NCBI GenBank assembly: GCA_009103225.1
Contig: RHPI01003009.1
Coordinates: 86,091-150,090, forward strand
Length of the DNA stretch: 64,000 nucleotides
Source: Chlorokybus atmophyticus
Lineage: Eukaryota > Plantae > Mesostigma and Chlorokybus algae
Reading direction: 5' to 3'
Each line of letters begins with the position of its first letter. Within the stretch, counting starts at the first letter, position 1. Shown here one piece after another: positions 13,086 through 26,945 of the stretch. The notes beneath the pieces were generated by a model that was given only the letters and a program-made list of their open reading frames with translations, was not told the DNA's origin and did not search any database. A program made the translations under genes and the position numbers.

Positions 13086-13519
13086 AACATGTTATGGGCT
13101 GTTTTGCGAGCAAGCATGAACATCAACCTGACAAAGCCATTGAGAGTATGTTAATGGAAATGCGCACACCAAGTGCCTCGCCGCACACTAGTCATTCCGG
13201 CAATGTGGCTTACTGCAAATGCGCCTGGTTGCAAGCAGCTTGCAAGCCGCGCTCTTTGTCCCACCACTCTGACAAAGTGCTCCCAATGAGGCGGCAGCGG
13301 TGCAAAATACGACGACGACGACGACGACGACGACAACGACGACAAGGTGAGCAGCGACAAGGCGACAGATGTGCTGAAGAAGACGTTGAAGACTGATATC
13401 GATCACGTTTGCCGCTCGTATCAGCTGAAAGCCTCATCGATATCCGCGCGCTCCTGTGTGTCAGTTTTTGTGTCAGCTCTGACACAAAACGCCCAGTCAG
13501 CATCCGACACAAAGTACGG

Positions 13520-15082
13520 ATGTCTCACTCTGACATGGCGGCGGCGGCGACGGCGACAGAGGAGCAGCAGGAGAGGAAGGAGGAGGAGGAGGGTAGGAAG
13601 CTCAAGATGGTGGTGGTGACGAGGCACGGCGAGCGACTGACTCCGTCAATGCCGCTTGAACTAGCGACAGGCCGTGGGATCCTCCTCTCTCCGCCTATGG
13701 CCTGGTATGGTAGTCTGATTCGGACTGTATGTTCTGGCTTAACATGCTGGTTGTTTAGACGTCATATGCTTCACCAGTGCTGCTCTCCGTCACTACATGC
13801 GGTGTTGGTTGCATGCATGAAAGATGCATGAAAGATGCAACCCATGCACAAACGCACCAACACGCATGCAGAAGTTATATTTGTCAAATGATTACACGTG
13901 CAGCGAGGTGTAACTGTGTAACTGTGTACCCATGTGAACGCACACACACAACGACATGCAGTCGTGTCAGTATCATCATCAGTAGCTGCATGCCCCAGAC
14001 ACCTACAATAATGAATGTCTCTGACTGTCGACGAGGAACGCATCAATAGCTTCTGCATGGCAACTGTCACATGTATAGATCTCTCACATTTTGTACACCA
14101 CACAACATGTGTTCACACACCACTCCACCTTTATGTCCTCATGTTTCCCAGTCACAAGCCCGCAATCGCGGCCTCGATTTCGCCTCTCGCTTCCCCGATA
14201 TCTCCTCTTTCACCCTCGTCACCTCTCCCTTCCTCCGCTGCATCCAAACCTCCGCCCAACTCGCCTCCTCTCTATCCTCTCAATTAGGATCTGATATCAC
14301 TATCCGCCTCGATAACGGCCTGTCGGAAGTCATGTGCCCCCCGGTGATATACACCCGGTAGGGGATGAAGGGAGGAGGAGGGATGTAGTGGGAGGGTGGC
14401 AACCAGAGCTGAGGAGTGTGGAGGAGTTGGCAAACATGTATCCGGAGTGGATTGATGTTGAAGCTTCCGCATCACCCGTGCCGGTATGGTGTGAAAAGAG
14501 TGTGTGTGTGTGCGTGGTTTTATTTTCGGGTCTTTTGATGCGAATGTAGTTGCCAATGTGGCCAGAGAGCGTGAGTGAGGCTCGACGCTGCTCCACGCAA
14601 GCTTTTGAACGCATCGCTGCGCAGTACTTTACATCCTCCGTGGTGGTCATCGTCACGCACGGTGAGACACACTGCAATTCATACTTACATGTGAAGATGT
14701 GCAAGCAAACGGAAAAGGTGCACATACACATGCAGGTGCTGCACATGCACATGCACATACACGTACACGTACATGTACATGTACACACCCACGCTCCCAT
14801 GCGCACACGGATACGCACACGCACGGACACATGCAAGCACACCCATACAACATGCACACACCCACATATACATCAGGCGAGGCTGTTGTAAGAGCTGCAA
14901 TGCTAGCTGAGCCTCGCGCGCATGTGTACGGCGTGGAGCCGTGCGGGTACATCATGCTAGAGCAGAGGGAGTGGGACGCGAGGCCGCACGGTGGTGCAGG
15001 CAGCCAACACGCATTTTATGTGACTCAGCCGTGGGAGATTGCGGAAGCGCACGGTGTATCGATATTGGAAGCGGGTAAATGA
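13520..15082 (+). CDS. Histidine phosphatase (phosphoglycerate mutase-like) family protein
   Basis: VVVTRHGER catalytic motif, then SPFLRCIQT, RLDNGLSEV, WPESVSEARRC, VIVTHG and a final exon ending SILEAGK*. The junction after exon 1 is unresolved; start is 13520 or 13535. Confidence 0.85.
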
Positions 15083-16341
15083 AAAAGCGAACTTGTGTAC
15101 CGTTTGTGCAATGGTACCTTTACCCGGTGAGTAGTAGTAATCAAGTGGTGTATGCGGGCTCTACACAGGTCCCGAAGTGATAAACCTCTCTTGTTCTGTT
15201 GTACTTCTGTGTTGTTATGCGTGGATGCATGCTTGTGGATCTGTAGTATCAATGCCGTTATGGCAGAGCATTGATGAAAATCTGTTACTGCCCCCATGCG
15301 CATGCACACTTGTGCACACGCAGCTGCATAACGCCCTACTGTGGCTACTACTACCGCTGTGTCTGACCAACACGCAGCGCTTGTGCACAAGTATATTTAT
15401 GACTACCAGTAATTGGGTGGAGCGGTTGGTTTGCGATGAGTAGTACAGTGGCAACCCATTACCAAAGCCCAAAGGTGCTGTAGGCACATTTAGGCGAGTA
15501 CTCTGCCTATTGGTATGCTATGCTTATGCTGAGCAAGTGCAACGCTGCCTGCATTGTACTTGAACAATTGATGGGATCCCACACACGCACGTACACGCAT
15601 GCGCGCCCCTCTCTCTCTCTCCCTCCCTCCCTCCCTCCCTCCCTCCCTCCATCCCTCGCTCGCTCGCTCCCTCTCGCTCTCTTGCTCCCTCTCACCCTCT
15701 GGCTCTCTGGCTCTCGCTCTCTCGCTCTCGCACACGGACACGGCATGCGTGTATAAATGTCTCTAGTGCTATTGCGCGCTTGCTCACTCATGTTGCACAT
15801 GCCTGTCACACACGTCCATATATCACCCACACTCACCTCCGTCACGTACATCAACCAACCACCGGGCTCAGCCGCCTTGCTTCATGCCGCCTACTTGCGT
15901 GCGCACGCACACAGGTCGGCAGCATGAAGCATGGTGACTCAACGCAGTAGTCGGTTGATGTCAGTCACTGCCTTGTATGCAGCACCATTGTGAACACCAA
16001 CACCAACACCAACACCATATGATGGAAACAACAAGTTTGCCAAGCATCAAATTGCACGTAATCATTCCATATATATAATAATTGCACGCATATAGTCACG
16101 CGCCTAATCTCAGCAACGCAACCAAGAGATTTGCGTATATATACAACACATACATGTATGCTTGGACATGCACGCACATATGGAGGGATGTACCAACGAA
16201 GCGGAGTGCAATGTGTGTCGTCGTGGGCGCATGTGCATAGAATGGGTATGCTGGTGTGACTACATGCGCGCGAGCACGTTGTCTATGCGTGGACAAGCGT
16301 ATATGCATGTGTGTGTGTGTGTGCGTGTGTGTGCGCGTGTG

Positions 16342-16772
16342 TGCGTGTGTGTGCGTGCGCAGACGTTAATGGGCAAGAACTTCTCGTCGAACACATCACC
16401 TTCACCGACTGCCGTGGGGTGTATGTGCGTGCACGAGTGTGTGTGGTTGTTTGTTGGTGGGTTGCAGATATGTCTGTGTGGGCACAGACATACACTCGCT
16501 CGGTTGCGAGTGCTACGTTTGTGTGTGCGCGCGTGTAGGCAGAGAAGTTATGTGTGGGCGTGTGTCTCTTCTTTGTGCATGCGCGTCCATACACACGAGT
16601 GAGCTTGTGCGTGCGCGTGTATCAGAGAAACGAGGATCTGTGTCATGATAAGTCACCTACACCGACACCTGCCTCAGGCCCTGCCAGCGCTTGGTGCATT
16701 GGCGACTCTCGGAGCCAGAGCTTCGGTCTACTTGTTACTCACTCGGACATCCAGATTATCAACAAATCATAA
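16342..16772 (+). CDS. Possible exons of a hypothetical protein
   Basis: AG/GT-bounded segments encoding DVNGQELLVEHITFTDCRG and RNEDLCHDKSP...SDIQIINKS*, set among GT microsatellites. No recognisable family and 5' end unknown. Confidence 0.25.
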
Positions 16773-19261
16773 CAACAAATAGTAAGCAGCACCTCCTTTC
16801 CTGCTTGCTGACGACGTGATGCCCAAGTGCGCCGGCTCCCAGCTACACTCCGCGCGCATGCATGCCTACGAAGCTAAGCATAGTGTATGCTGCGCCAGGC
16901 AATGCGCTCAAGACTTCGTCATTGGTGCGAGGGATGGCGCTTCATCTCCATGGCGGCGGCGTCATCGCTGCGGTCAGTGCTGCTGTTGTGGGTCACACTG
17001 GCGGAGGTGTACACCATCCGTGAAGCACACCGTGTCGCTGCTGCAAGCTGCCATCGTTGGACGCAACTCGTCAAAAAAAAGCAGCTACGCAGCGACGGCG
17101 CAGGCCGGCAGTGTGGACGCCTGCTTGCTGACAGCAGCAAAGACGTGGGTGGGTGGGTGGGTGGGTGGGGGCGTGGATTGCGTGTGGAACCACAAGTAGT
17201 AGTTGCCTCAGAGTCTGCATGCCCAGCAGCAGGTACACAACCTTTGTCTGCCTGCTATAAGTGCAGGCAGAAACGTGGCGCACACGTAGTGCGTATGGTG
17301 TACTGGCATGCATAGGCAACAACAACGGAATTGCAAAACACCGTTCGTTGAGTCACTGCAAGGCAAGCTTCCGTACTATCTTTGTGTAAACGAAAATCAT
17401 TGTGCAAATCAATCTCTGTTGAAGAGCATGAAGCACCGTTCGACAGCTGAGTCGAACCTCAGAGTGTCATGCAATGTGCATGCTCTTGGGGCTCCTAGGC
17501 TACGTACACTATGTTTGCGCAAGTTAATTGTCATCATCACCGGCACCGCATTGCCATTCACGGTGATCGTCAACCCAGTTGTTGTTGCTCATCTACATCA
17601 GTTGTTTGCTTAGTTGCTGGTCTAGGGTTGGTTAGACCCAGTGTTGCTGGCAAGCTCGCTTTGAAGTTGGGTTACATCTGCTGCTGTTGCTTAGCCTGAT
17701 GGTTTCATTTGTAGTCTCCATATTCTGGCTGTCCGCAAGCGCTGTTAATTCTTTGCCATTTGGATTCGGCTTTGGCTTTGGCTTTTAAACCAATGCTGGT
17801 GCTGAAAATTGACGTGGTTGCCATCAAAGCTCATTTCAGCAGTGTTGCTACCACCACCCAATGCCTGTTTCCTGTTGCAGTATGTTCTTAAGACTAGAAC
17901 ATGTTGCAAAACAATGTTGAACAGGCTTTTTTTAAGTAGGTCACCCATACGAGCCGAAAGGCGTCGCACGCAATCGCATGGAGAAAGCAACCACCACTGT
18001 GCAACCATAATTATCGCACCTCTGCCACCATGGGGATGGACCTCAAAGTGCACCTCAACATAGATCAAGAGGCTGTTGAAAAGTACCTCGCACGTCCCAA
18101 GCTGGATCGAGATAGTTGCCATGGTGTTTATTCCTTGCAGCGGATTTGGAGATCCATCCATTCGTAAAAATGATCGTAATGGAAGCGAGCACTTTCATGA
18201 GCAGTTCGCACGCGAATGGTGGTTTCCGTTCCCAGATAGCCTTTATGACTTGGCAGGCTTAAGGTATGTACACGATGACATCAGCGCAAGAGAGGTGGCA
18301 AGGGACCTGCAACTATGCTTTCCAGACGATGATGAACTGATGGCTATTGCACATTGGTTGTTGTGTACTGCGCACTACTGCAAGGTTTACGACTGCTGAG
18401 TTAGTGATTCGTGTTTATGTGCTAGTTCAAGCGCTAGCTACTTGTGCATAACATTCATTCGCTAGCTGGCTGCGTACATGTATGTGTATGTGTGAGGTCT
18501 TGTGGACTCAGAATGGGCACTGCCACTTCAACATGCAGTGCATGGTTGGGATGATGATATTGCACAGCATAGCAACCAAGCACTTGCCCGTGGCATGCAT
18601 GCGTCTGCCATATCGCAACGCACAACGTACATGTACACACGTCACGCTACCAAAGGCCGAGGGCTTAATCTTAGGGCTAACCGACCAGCTGACGACAACA
18701 CATTGGACGTATGCAATGCCAAGGGCAACCTGTAGTGTACAGCAATTCATGAGCGTTAATACATTCCACACATCACCTCAGTCTTGGACTCAGAAGCTCC
18801 AGGCCAGCTTCTGTCAACCAGCTCAACATAGCAGCTACCTTCAATGTCATCAGTTAGTCGCCCCTTGTTGACCCTAGCATGTTGACCCTAGCATCAGCAT
18901 ATCCTACCATTTGGAAGTGATGTTATCGTAACCCATTGCTGATAGTAACAGCAGGCGTTGGCTAGTACACAAGCGTAGCGGTGTTCGAGTGCAGAACCAA
19001 ACTGCCCCCCTGTAGGAGGAGTTGCAACAGGCTGGCGTGTGCAGTACAATGCATCTTAAGGACACCGTAGTACTCATTGATGCATATCATCATATCAAGT
19101 CATCCACAAGCGCACATGCAAACGCACATACAGACAACCACACATGCGCATGCATGCACGTACCTGCAGGTGCGCACATGCACATAACCACACACACCTC
19201 CCAAGCGCACGCACACACACGCAAGCACTTGTGCGCACTCTCACTGAAACTCACTTGTATT

Positions 19262-19352
19262 GGAGCCAAAGGCGGCGCTAACGGACACCTTTTGCGTCAT
19301 GTCGCTGAGGACGCCGCCAGAGACAAAGTCCGCACCCATAATCGAAGGTAAG
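19262..19352 (+). pseudogene. Orphan frameshifted copy of exon 2 of the actobindin-like gene
   Basis: GGANGHLLRHVAEDAARDK, then a +1 A, then SAPIIE followed by a GTAAG donor. Matches 12211-12300 on the opposite strand. Confidence 0.8.
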
Positions 19353-21661
19353 ATACAGACCGTCTGTTGAACACAAGACAGTGTGTTGTTGGGGAAGCAG
19401 GACGTGTGCGCTTCACCACACCGAGGTATCACGACAGACGAACAGAGTCTATAAGTGCCAGCTTTAGCAGAAGTGTAGTATCATGTCATAGTCGAGTGTA
19501 TGGAGGGCTGTCACTGCGTGCACATGGCACGCGTGTGCATGACTGCGCGCTGTTTCACAAGTGTGTGTGCAAAGTCGACAACCGGATTGTTGTTGTACTG
19601 TGCTTGTGTATCATACTGTACAACACTCAGTGTTGTGCAGCCTGCTATAGTATGATACACAAGCACAGTACAGACCAACTGAGTCAGCCGGACTGACTTG
19701 GTCAGTCGCACGCGTGTACTACATGTTGATCTTTGCATGGGTGTAGTAAGGGTGTACGCGCGTGCATGCACATATGTGTGTGTGACACTGGCACCTATGC
19801 GTGTGAGAAGTGTCTGCGCACATGTGTGGACACAGGCATGCGTACACATGCACACACACACACGCACGTTTATGCCTGTACTGGCAACAAAACACAAATA
19901 TTACCTCACCTTCATGCGATCGAGTTGAGGCATGTAGTTGCTGTCAGCGCACGCTCAGCTCCCAGCATCGAATGTGAGCGAAACCAGACCAGTAAGCGGG
20001 CCGACCAGAGCCATAAAGGTTGCCGCTGCGGCAGCAAGCTAACCAACGCAAGCCAAGCCATGCACGTTACAGGCAGGCAGGCAGGCAGGCAGGCAGTATT
20101 CTGTTTCTAACTCTTGAATAGAGAGCAGCATGCTGCTCTTGTCACAGGTTCCAGGTATCTTGCAGCTCATCACATCATCACCTCCGCCGCCGCCGTCAGC
20201 GCCTCCAAATGACGGACTCAGTCGGACTGGTGGCACCGTACCTATGACGTGCTAGAGCATGCATGGCCGTATGAGCTTGCTAGCTGGTGTCGGCGGAGGT
20301 GTGGTTGAGCATGTCTGTGAAGCGACGTGCTGCTGGCTTGCAATGTCCTGCGAAAGCGCTGGAGCCAGCGCTGGAACAGGAAGAGCGGTTGGGGCCAGCT
20401 GGCGCATTGACGGTCGCTGAGAGGTGATGCGCATCAAATGGTAAGCCTTGCTGCGCAGTCAGCATGGGTTTAACTAGCCAACGCCAAACACAACAGTTTA
20501 CACACTTACACCAGCACATCAACTACAGTACTTGGACTACACAGCATGAGTCGCACTGCTAGCCACTAAGAAGCATGCAACACGACGCTGCTGGTAGTAC
20601 AGTGGTCAAGTGGACTGACCAGCAGCAAATCAGCGGGTTGGCCGTGGCTTCTTCCGAAAGCCCTTGCACAATCGCTGCCCTTGTAGTTGCCGCAAGCTTG
20701 ACCAGAGCAAACAAACGTAACACGCAGTGTCGTACTTTAGCTAGCTTACATGCAACTTTGCTGCAGTGCTGCAACTTTGTTTGAACTTGGCTGGACCTCT
20801 CATCCGCCGACATGGCGTTCACCGACCACCGACTGTCGGAGCATTAGAAGCACGCTGCTTGGCGTGTGCGTGAGCTCGTAGCTGGGCAGAGGCGGCGATG
20901 ACGGCGGTGTTCGTGGCGTCGTAGGTCCGGAGCACAGGACGAGGCAGAGTGCTTGAGTAGTAGCGTATGCAGCAAAATGTAACTGCTTGGTCAGAAGCGT
21001 TGCCGAGGCAATGCCAAGGCGCTGGCAGCAGCAGGAGGAGAGTGTTGACGCAGCGCCTGGTGGGGGGGCCTGCTCTGCTGCCTAGCAAGCCCAGCAACAC
21101 GGGAAGGGCAGCACGAATAACTCATATTTTTGTTAGGCCGGTGTGTCTGTGACACCAGTACACGGGTCAGCTTCTAAGTGTGAGTACTAGCAGCTTCGTG
21201 CCGAGGCGTTCCCGAGGCAGGATCAGCAGCAGCAGGAGGCCGGAGGAGAAGGATGACGTGCTGCACAAGCTTGGCTAAAGAGGTAACCAGCCGTAGAATG
21301 GCATGTCTTGGTGGGTTGAAGATGTGAATAGGCAGCAGCTGTGTGCCGAGGCGAGGCCAATGCTGAGGTGAGGCCGAAGGGTAGCAGCCACTGCAGTCTT
21401 GCTGGTTGGCCCAGTTCGGCAAGCAATGGTGAGGCATGGAGTGCATGGTGTCGTACAGTGTTTGTGTTGGACGAGGTGTTGGTGTTAGCTGCTGCCCACG
21501 TTTGTGTCTCTTTGGGTGCATGAGCTCTCGTCACAACTTTAGCGCCGAAGCCAACTGCAGTACTAGTATAAAAGCACTCATAGTCAGAGAAGTCCAGTCA
21601 GGAGTTAGACCTCTAAGGTCTGAGAGTCTGCTGGCTGTGTGTGCCTAGTTGGATGCCAAGC

Positions 21662-24600
21662 ATGGCGAGTCCCAAGCTGCTCGTAGCATGCGCTGCAATT
21701 GTGGCGTGTTGTTTTGCTCTTGCTCATGCACAAGTGGCTGTGCAACCAGGCTTCAATCTGCTTCCTTGGCAAGCTCTCAACCTGGTCACCAGCGCACGGT
21801 TTGCTCCAGATGGGCGTGTCTTTGCATCCACAAAGGTGCCTAAGTTGCTTCTTTGTTGTGCATGCAGCTGCTTGCTGCACGCAAGTTTACAAGCTAAAAT
21901 CAAGCTGTTGCAATCAGGACGGCACTGTGCGTGTTTGGAGCAGCCTCAATGACAACAGCGCCGGGAGCGTTCTACTTGATCTCAGTTCACACGGCATCAA
22001 CGACTACGGGGATCGCGGTCTGGAAAGTGTCAACGTGAAACCAACTCCGCTCTCCAATGGCAACATCTTGTTGTTTGTTGCCTACACTGTAGGTCTGCCT
22101 TGCAACCCAAACAGTGATCAGTGCTTGGTCAATGGCCGTGTGTCCAGATTTGAGATCTCCCCAACAAACTCTGTGGTTGGCAACGAAGTCATCGTCCTGC
22201 AGAATGTCTGGTGCCAGGTCCGTACTCCACAGCTGCATAATATTTGTTCGGTCTGCTTTGTGGTTGTTGAAGAACTATTGATCGTGCGTATCTATTGGCC
22301 TTGTGCAGGTTTACATGTCGCACAGTCTGGGAGATATCTTGTTTGATGAGGAAGAGCGGTTGCTAGTCTCAGGTACCACGTATGAAGTTGTCAGCATAAG
22401 CCAGTGCTTTGCAAGTGCTGCACGGGTTGTCACTGCTGCATGCTCCTGGCAGGTGGTGAAGGCTCGAACTTCAATGACATTGACTACGGGCAGAGCGGAA
22501 ACCTATGCGGTGACCCCCCAAGTCCTGCAGGTTGATCATAGTGGTCACATGTTTGGCATCTGCTATATGTCATTGCACCAGTGCAGCTCACAGCACAACA
22601 CTGCCAGGAGTGTCCTTGTCGCCACCAACTGCCGAAGGTGGTGCTTTGCGCTCCCAACATTTTGCATCCTCGCAATCACCGTGGAAAGTGTCATACAGCG
22701 GCACAATCCTGTCGCTAGACCCTCTGACTGGCAACGCTGCAGCTGGCAACCCTGCCCTCAACAGGTAAGAGGTTGCTGTGTGTCACCAGTTGCCAACTTA
22801 TTCTACCCCAGCATTGGTCACAACCTCGTGGACGCACTAACGCACTCCATGTACAGTGGCAGTGCGAAAGGCCGCGTGCTTGCCTACGGTTTGCGCAATC
22901 CTTACCGCGGAGCTGTGCAACCCGGCACTAATGAGGTCTTCTGGGGAAATGTGGGCTGGTGGGATTGGGAGAGCATATACCGCATACAACGCACCGGCTC
23001 CAGTTCTGTTCCTAATTTCGGGTGGCCATGTTATGAAGGGCCTGTTGTTCAACCTTCCTTTGAGGTCAGAGATGTTCATTGCGAGTGAAGCTTTCCTTGG
23101 TCATTCCTTGGTCAATTGCAGCAGACACATGTGGAGAATGCGATCATGGTTGGCTGTTGCAGAATTTGAACCTGAACCTGTGCAACAAGCTGTATTCCTC
23201 CGACACCGTCGCCCAACCGTTTTACTCATACATGCACACCAGTCCCCCCAACCCTGGTGGCAAGTGTTCGAGGGCAACAGGAGTGAATGGCGCTGCAGTG
23301 ACTGGGTTGGAGTTCTACTCAGGCTCGGCATTTGGTACAGCTTACAACGGGGCACTGTTCTTTGGCGACTATGCCATTGGTTGCATCTGGGCAGTGCCCC
23401 TCGGCTCAGGTGGCATACCCGACACGAGCAAAATGCAAGTGTTCGCTGACGGTGTTGGTGTCGTAGACATCACTCAGGCTCCAGATGGTTCGCTGGTGAT
23501 TGCGGACTTTGCAAATGCCCGCATATTCCGCCTCGTTGGGCCTGGTAGTGGCGTCACAAGCGCTGTCGTGACAGCTTCACCACACTCTGGAGTAGCCCCT
23601 CTGGTGGTTCAGTTCTCTGGCTCGCAGTCTGTGGCACCCAGTCCCATTAGCTACTCCTGGGACCTCAACGGTAATGAGCCTGTCTTTCATTGCAAATGCG
23701 CACATTTCAATGTGCGCTGTTTGGAACTTCTGTACTTGTTTTGTTGGTTTATTCTGTGTCACATCTCCTTCAGGTGATGGCAACTTTGGTGACACCACAT
23801 CCACCACACCTTCACACACGTACACTTCAGCTGGCTCCTATAAGGTTGGACTACAAGTGAAGGGAGGCAATGGCGGCATCAGCACAACATTCACGACGAT
23901 TCGAGTGGTGACGAGCACAAGCCAAATACCCACAGCCAACATCGTTCTGCCAAGTGCGAGCTTGACCTGGGCAGTTGGTGACACCATCAACGTCAAAGCC
24001 AGCATAGCACCCGCTGGCTCAAAAGCATCCTGGCAGGTGCTGCTGCATCACTGCGTCAGCACGCTGAAAAATGCCTGCCATCTTCACACTCTACCACCCC
24101 ACAGCGGTCTGTCCTTCTCCATGAAAGCGCCTGACCATGAATACTACTGCTACCTGGAGTTCATCTTGACCGTCACCACGCCCGCCGGGCTCAGCAAGAA
24201 GTTTTCACGCCGCATCAATCCTATTGTCTCACACATGGTCATGCATTCCTCTCCTCCTGGCTTGACCCTCACTGCAGCATCAGACACTCTGAAAGCTCCA
24301 TTCACGCACTTAGCGGTTGCAAACTCCCCCGTCACAGTCATAGCGCCCTCACCACAAACACTCAACGGCCAACAGTACGTGTTTGTTGGTTGGAGCTCGG
24401 GTCAGCCGCAAGTGCACACCATCACGGCACCGCGAAGCACTGCCACATTTACAGCGACGTACAATCTGGTGGCGCCCTCTCAACCATGGCCGGGTTGGAC
24501 GAATGCTGATGTTGGCACTGTGGGGTTCCAAGGTCATGCCGTGTTTGGCACCGGCGGCGCACTCACTCTGTACGGCAGCGGTGCTGATTTGTAAGTGATG

Positions 24601-25276
24601 GCGCATACTCACGCACACTCACATGCGCGCACGCACAAGCATACGCATGCATGCCCGCACACAGATTGTATAGTGCAGTGTCGTACACTTTGTTAGAGTT
24701 GTTGCTCCTGACAAGCTCTCTTACAGAATGTATCTATGTCTTGCAGTTGGAATGTAGCAGACGGAGGGCATTACGCTTCCATCAATGCCACTGGCAATAT
24801 GCGCATCGTGGCGCGGCTGCACAGGCTGTCTGCTGCCTTCCCAGATGCAAAGGCTGGTGTGATGCTACGGGAATCCGTTGCAGGCGGGTCGAAAGAGGTG
24901 TCCCTGCTGGTTTCTGGCCGAGGCTGGGTTGGTTTTCACTGGAGAACTGTCACCAATGCACAAACCAACTACCAATGGCTTGAAGAGAGCATTCTTCCAA
25001 ACCAATACCTGCGCCTGGACAAGGTTGGCACCACAGTTCAGTCTTTCATCTCAGCGGACGGTAAGACATGGAGCCTTGAGTACACGTTCACTGTGACCTT
25101 GGCCAACACGTTTCACGTGGGAGTGGCTGTGACATCACACGACCAGACTGGGCTTTGCCAAGGGGTTTTCAGCGCAGTGAAGGTAATCCCTCATGTCCAC
25201 TTTATACGGTTGTCCCCTGTTGTCGAGTCATCAACATAGCTGCTGGTGTTCACCTTTTCAGGTGACCAAGCTTTGA
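21662..25276 (+). CDS. Secreted GSDH/PQQ-type beta-propeller + PKD + Ig-like + lectin-like (DUF1349-like) protein, copy 2, apparently intact
   Basis: Signal peptide MASPKLLVACAAIVACCFALAHAQ. Motifs DYGDRGLESV, AYGLRNPYRG, NVGWWDWE, NFGWPCYEG, ALFFGDYAIGCIW, PKD SYSWDLNGDGNFGD...HTYTSAGSYKVGLQV, GSGADFWNVADGGHY and AKAGVMLRES. Exons splice in frame to VTKL* at 25274-25276. Confidence 0.88.
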
Positions 25277-26487
25277 TGCAGCGGAGTCAGGCGTTTGTGG
25301 CTCTTCTGGAATCTCAAGTTGGTCAAAGTGGTAGCTCAAGACATGTCATGTTGCTGTACGTTGAAACCTCTACCTAGATCATGTTGGTACAACAGTGCGG
25401 TGCAATTGCTGCCAAGTCATCACTTTTGACGGTGTAACATTTGACAGGCTTGCGGTTTGGCAGTGGCTGGCTTCTTGTCAACATCTGCATGCACGGCGTT
25501 TGCCACAGCAACGTGCGGCAAGTGCATGTGTGTAAGGCAAGGCGCCAATGCCTTCGGTGTTGTGACAGTCCTGCCTGCTAAGTCTCATGACTCAGCTTAT
25601 ATGTTTATCTCCTGGTGCATGCGTCTTGTTCCTTTCTGACCAGCCTTCGTGAACTCAGCTGTTTGCGCAACACATATGAGGCATAACATCTTTTGTACAC
25701 TCGTGCTTGGGACAGGTATTGGATGATGCTGACGAACATGCATGCATGTGTGGTGCACGGGGTTCGGGCCGTAGGAGTAGTAGGCTAGGTAGTGTACTAC
25801 TTGGTGTGACTACCTAGCTCGGGGGTGGTGTATATACTGGCTGCTGTCTGCGTCTCACGTGTGCTATGCATGTGACTTGCGCTGTTAGGTGCGATACACC
25901 TTGCGCATGCCCCTAGTTGTGCCTTAGATCTTTATACACTGTGCATGTTGCATCTTTTCTACATATGTACTACTTTGTGATGTTGCAACTGCCATATGCT
26001 GCTCTGTATCAACTTGTGTTTTGCGCATGCACCTTGATGCACAACAGCACTGTCTGCGTCCTCCTCGCAGGTCCCGAACTGACGAACCTTCTGGTACGTG
26101 TTGCCTTGCTCTGCTGCTATGACGCACGCGTAGCGCTGCTGCACAGGCTTATCGATGACACCAAACGCGTAGGGGCATGGGTGCGCGTGTGGACATAGCA
26201 GCACCGTGGTGACCATATAGCCAAGCTGTTCATTGAGTATTGTGAGAGGTGTTGCTTGGTTGTCACTGCCTTGCCTGTAGATGTGTACAAAGAACGCAAA
26301 GAGCAACTGCCCATGCATAGTGCATGCAGCAACCATGTATGCAAAACAAGTGAAACTGACCATGTCTTACGCAAGCCCCAATCACTGGGAACCTGCGCAC
26401 GCTTGTGAACTTGATTTGTATGATGAGACAGATGTATCAATCGCTCTCTTTATATTGCACTTGCATGCGCGTGTACAACTGCACCTG

Positions 26488-26493
<6 letters not shown>

Positions 26494-26544
<51 letters not shown>

Positions 26545-26634
26545 NNNNNNNNNNNNNNNNNNNNNNNNNNNNNNNNNNNNNNNNNNNNNNNNNNNNNNNN
26601 NNNNNNNNNNNNNNNNNNNNNNNNNNNNNNNNNN

Positions 26635-26717
<83 letters not shown>
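26494..26717. repeat. (CT)n microsatellite spanning an assembly gap
   Basis: Pure CT runs on both sides of a 90-N gap. Confidence 0.95.
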
Positions 26718-26721
<4 letters not shown>

Positions 26722-26945
26722 GTGTCGCGTGTCGCGTTCGCATAAACATTGTGCCCGCCAGTGTTGTGCCAACTTCTCGGTCGGGTCGCTTCCTGCCGCG
26801 TATTGTATGCCCTTAACCAGCTGATGTGTCCCGGTCGCGCCATCCTTATAACCAGTCTGTGCCAGCAGCGGCGGTGGCGGCGGCGGCGGCGGTGGTGTAC
26901 GCATTGCTGTCGGTGGCAAGGATCGCTGTTTGTGCTCCTTTGCGC

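Noticed and set aside
11175-16650. Many MCVCV/HTHT-rich ORFs
   Set aside because: These are translations of (CA)n, (CACG)n and (CT)n microsatellites; the same applies at 28-35 kb.
17745-18161. 138-aa minus-strand ORF
   Set aside because: No family motif, and it overlaps a more protein-like plus-strand reading with a strong start context.
25784-25818. 10-bp stem hairpin GCTAGGTAGT/ACTACCTAGC as a snoRNA or Helitron end
   Set aside because: No convincing C/D or H/ACA box pair and no CTRR terminus at the expected distance.
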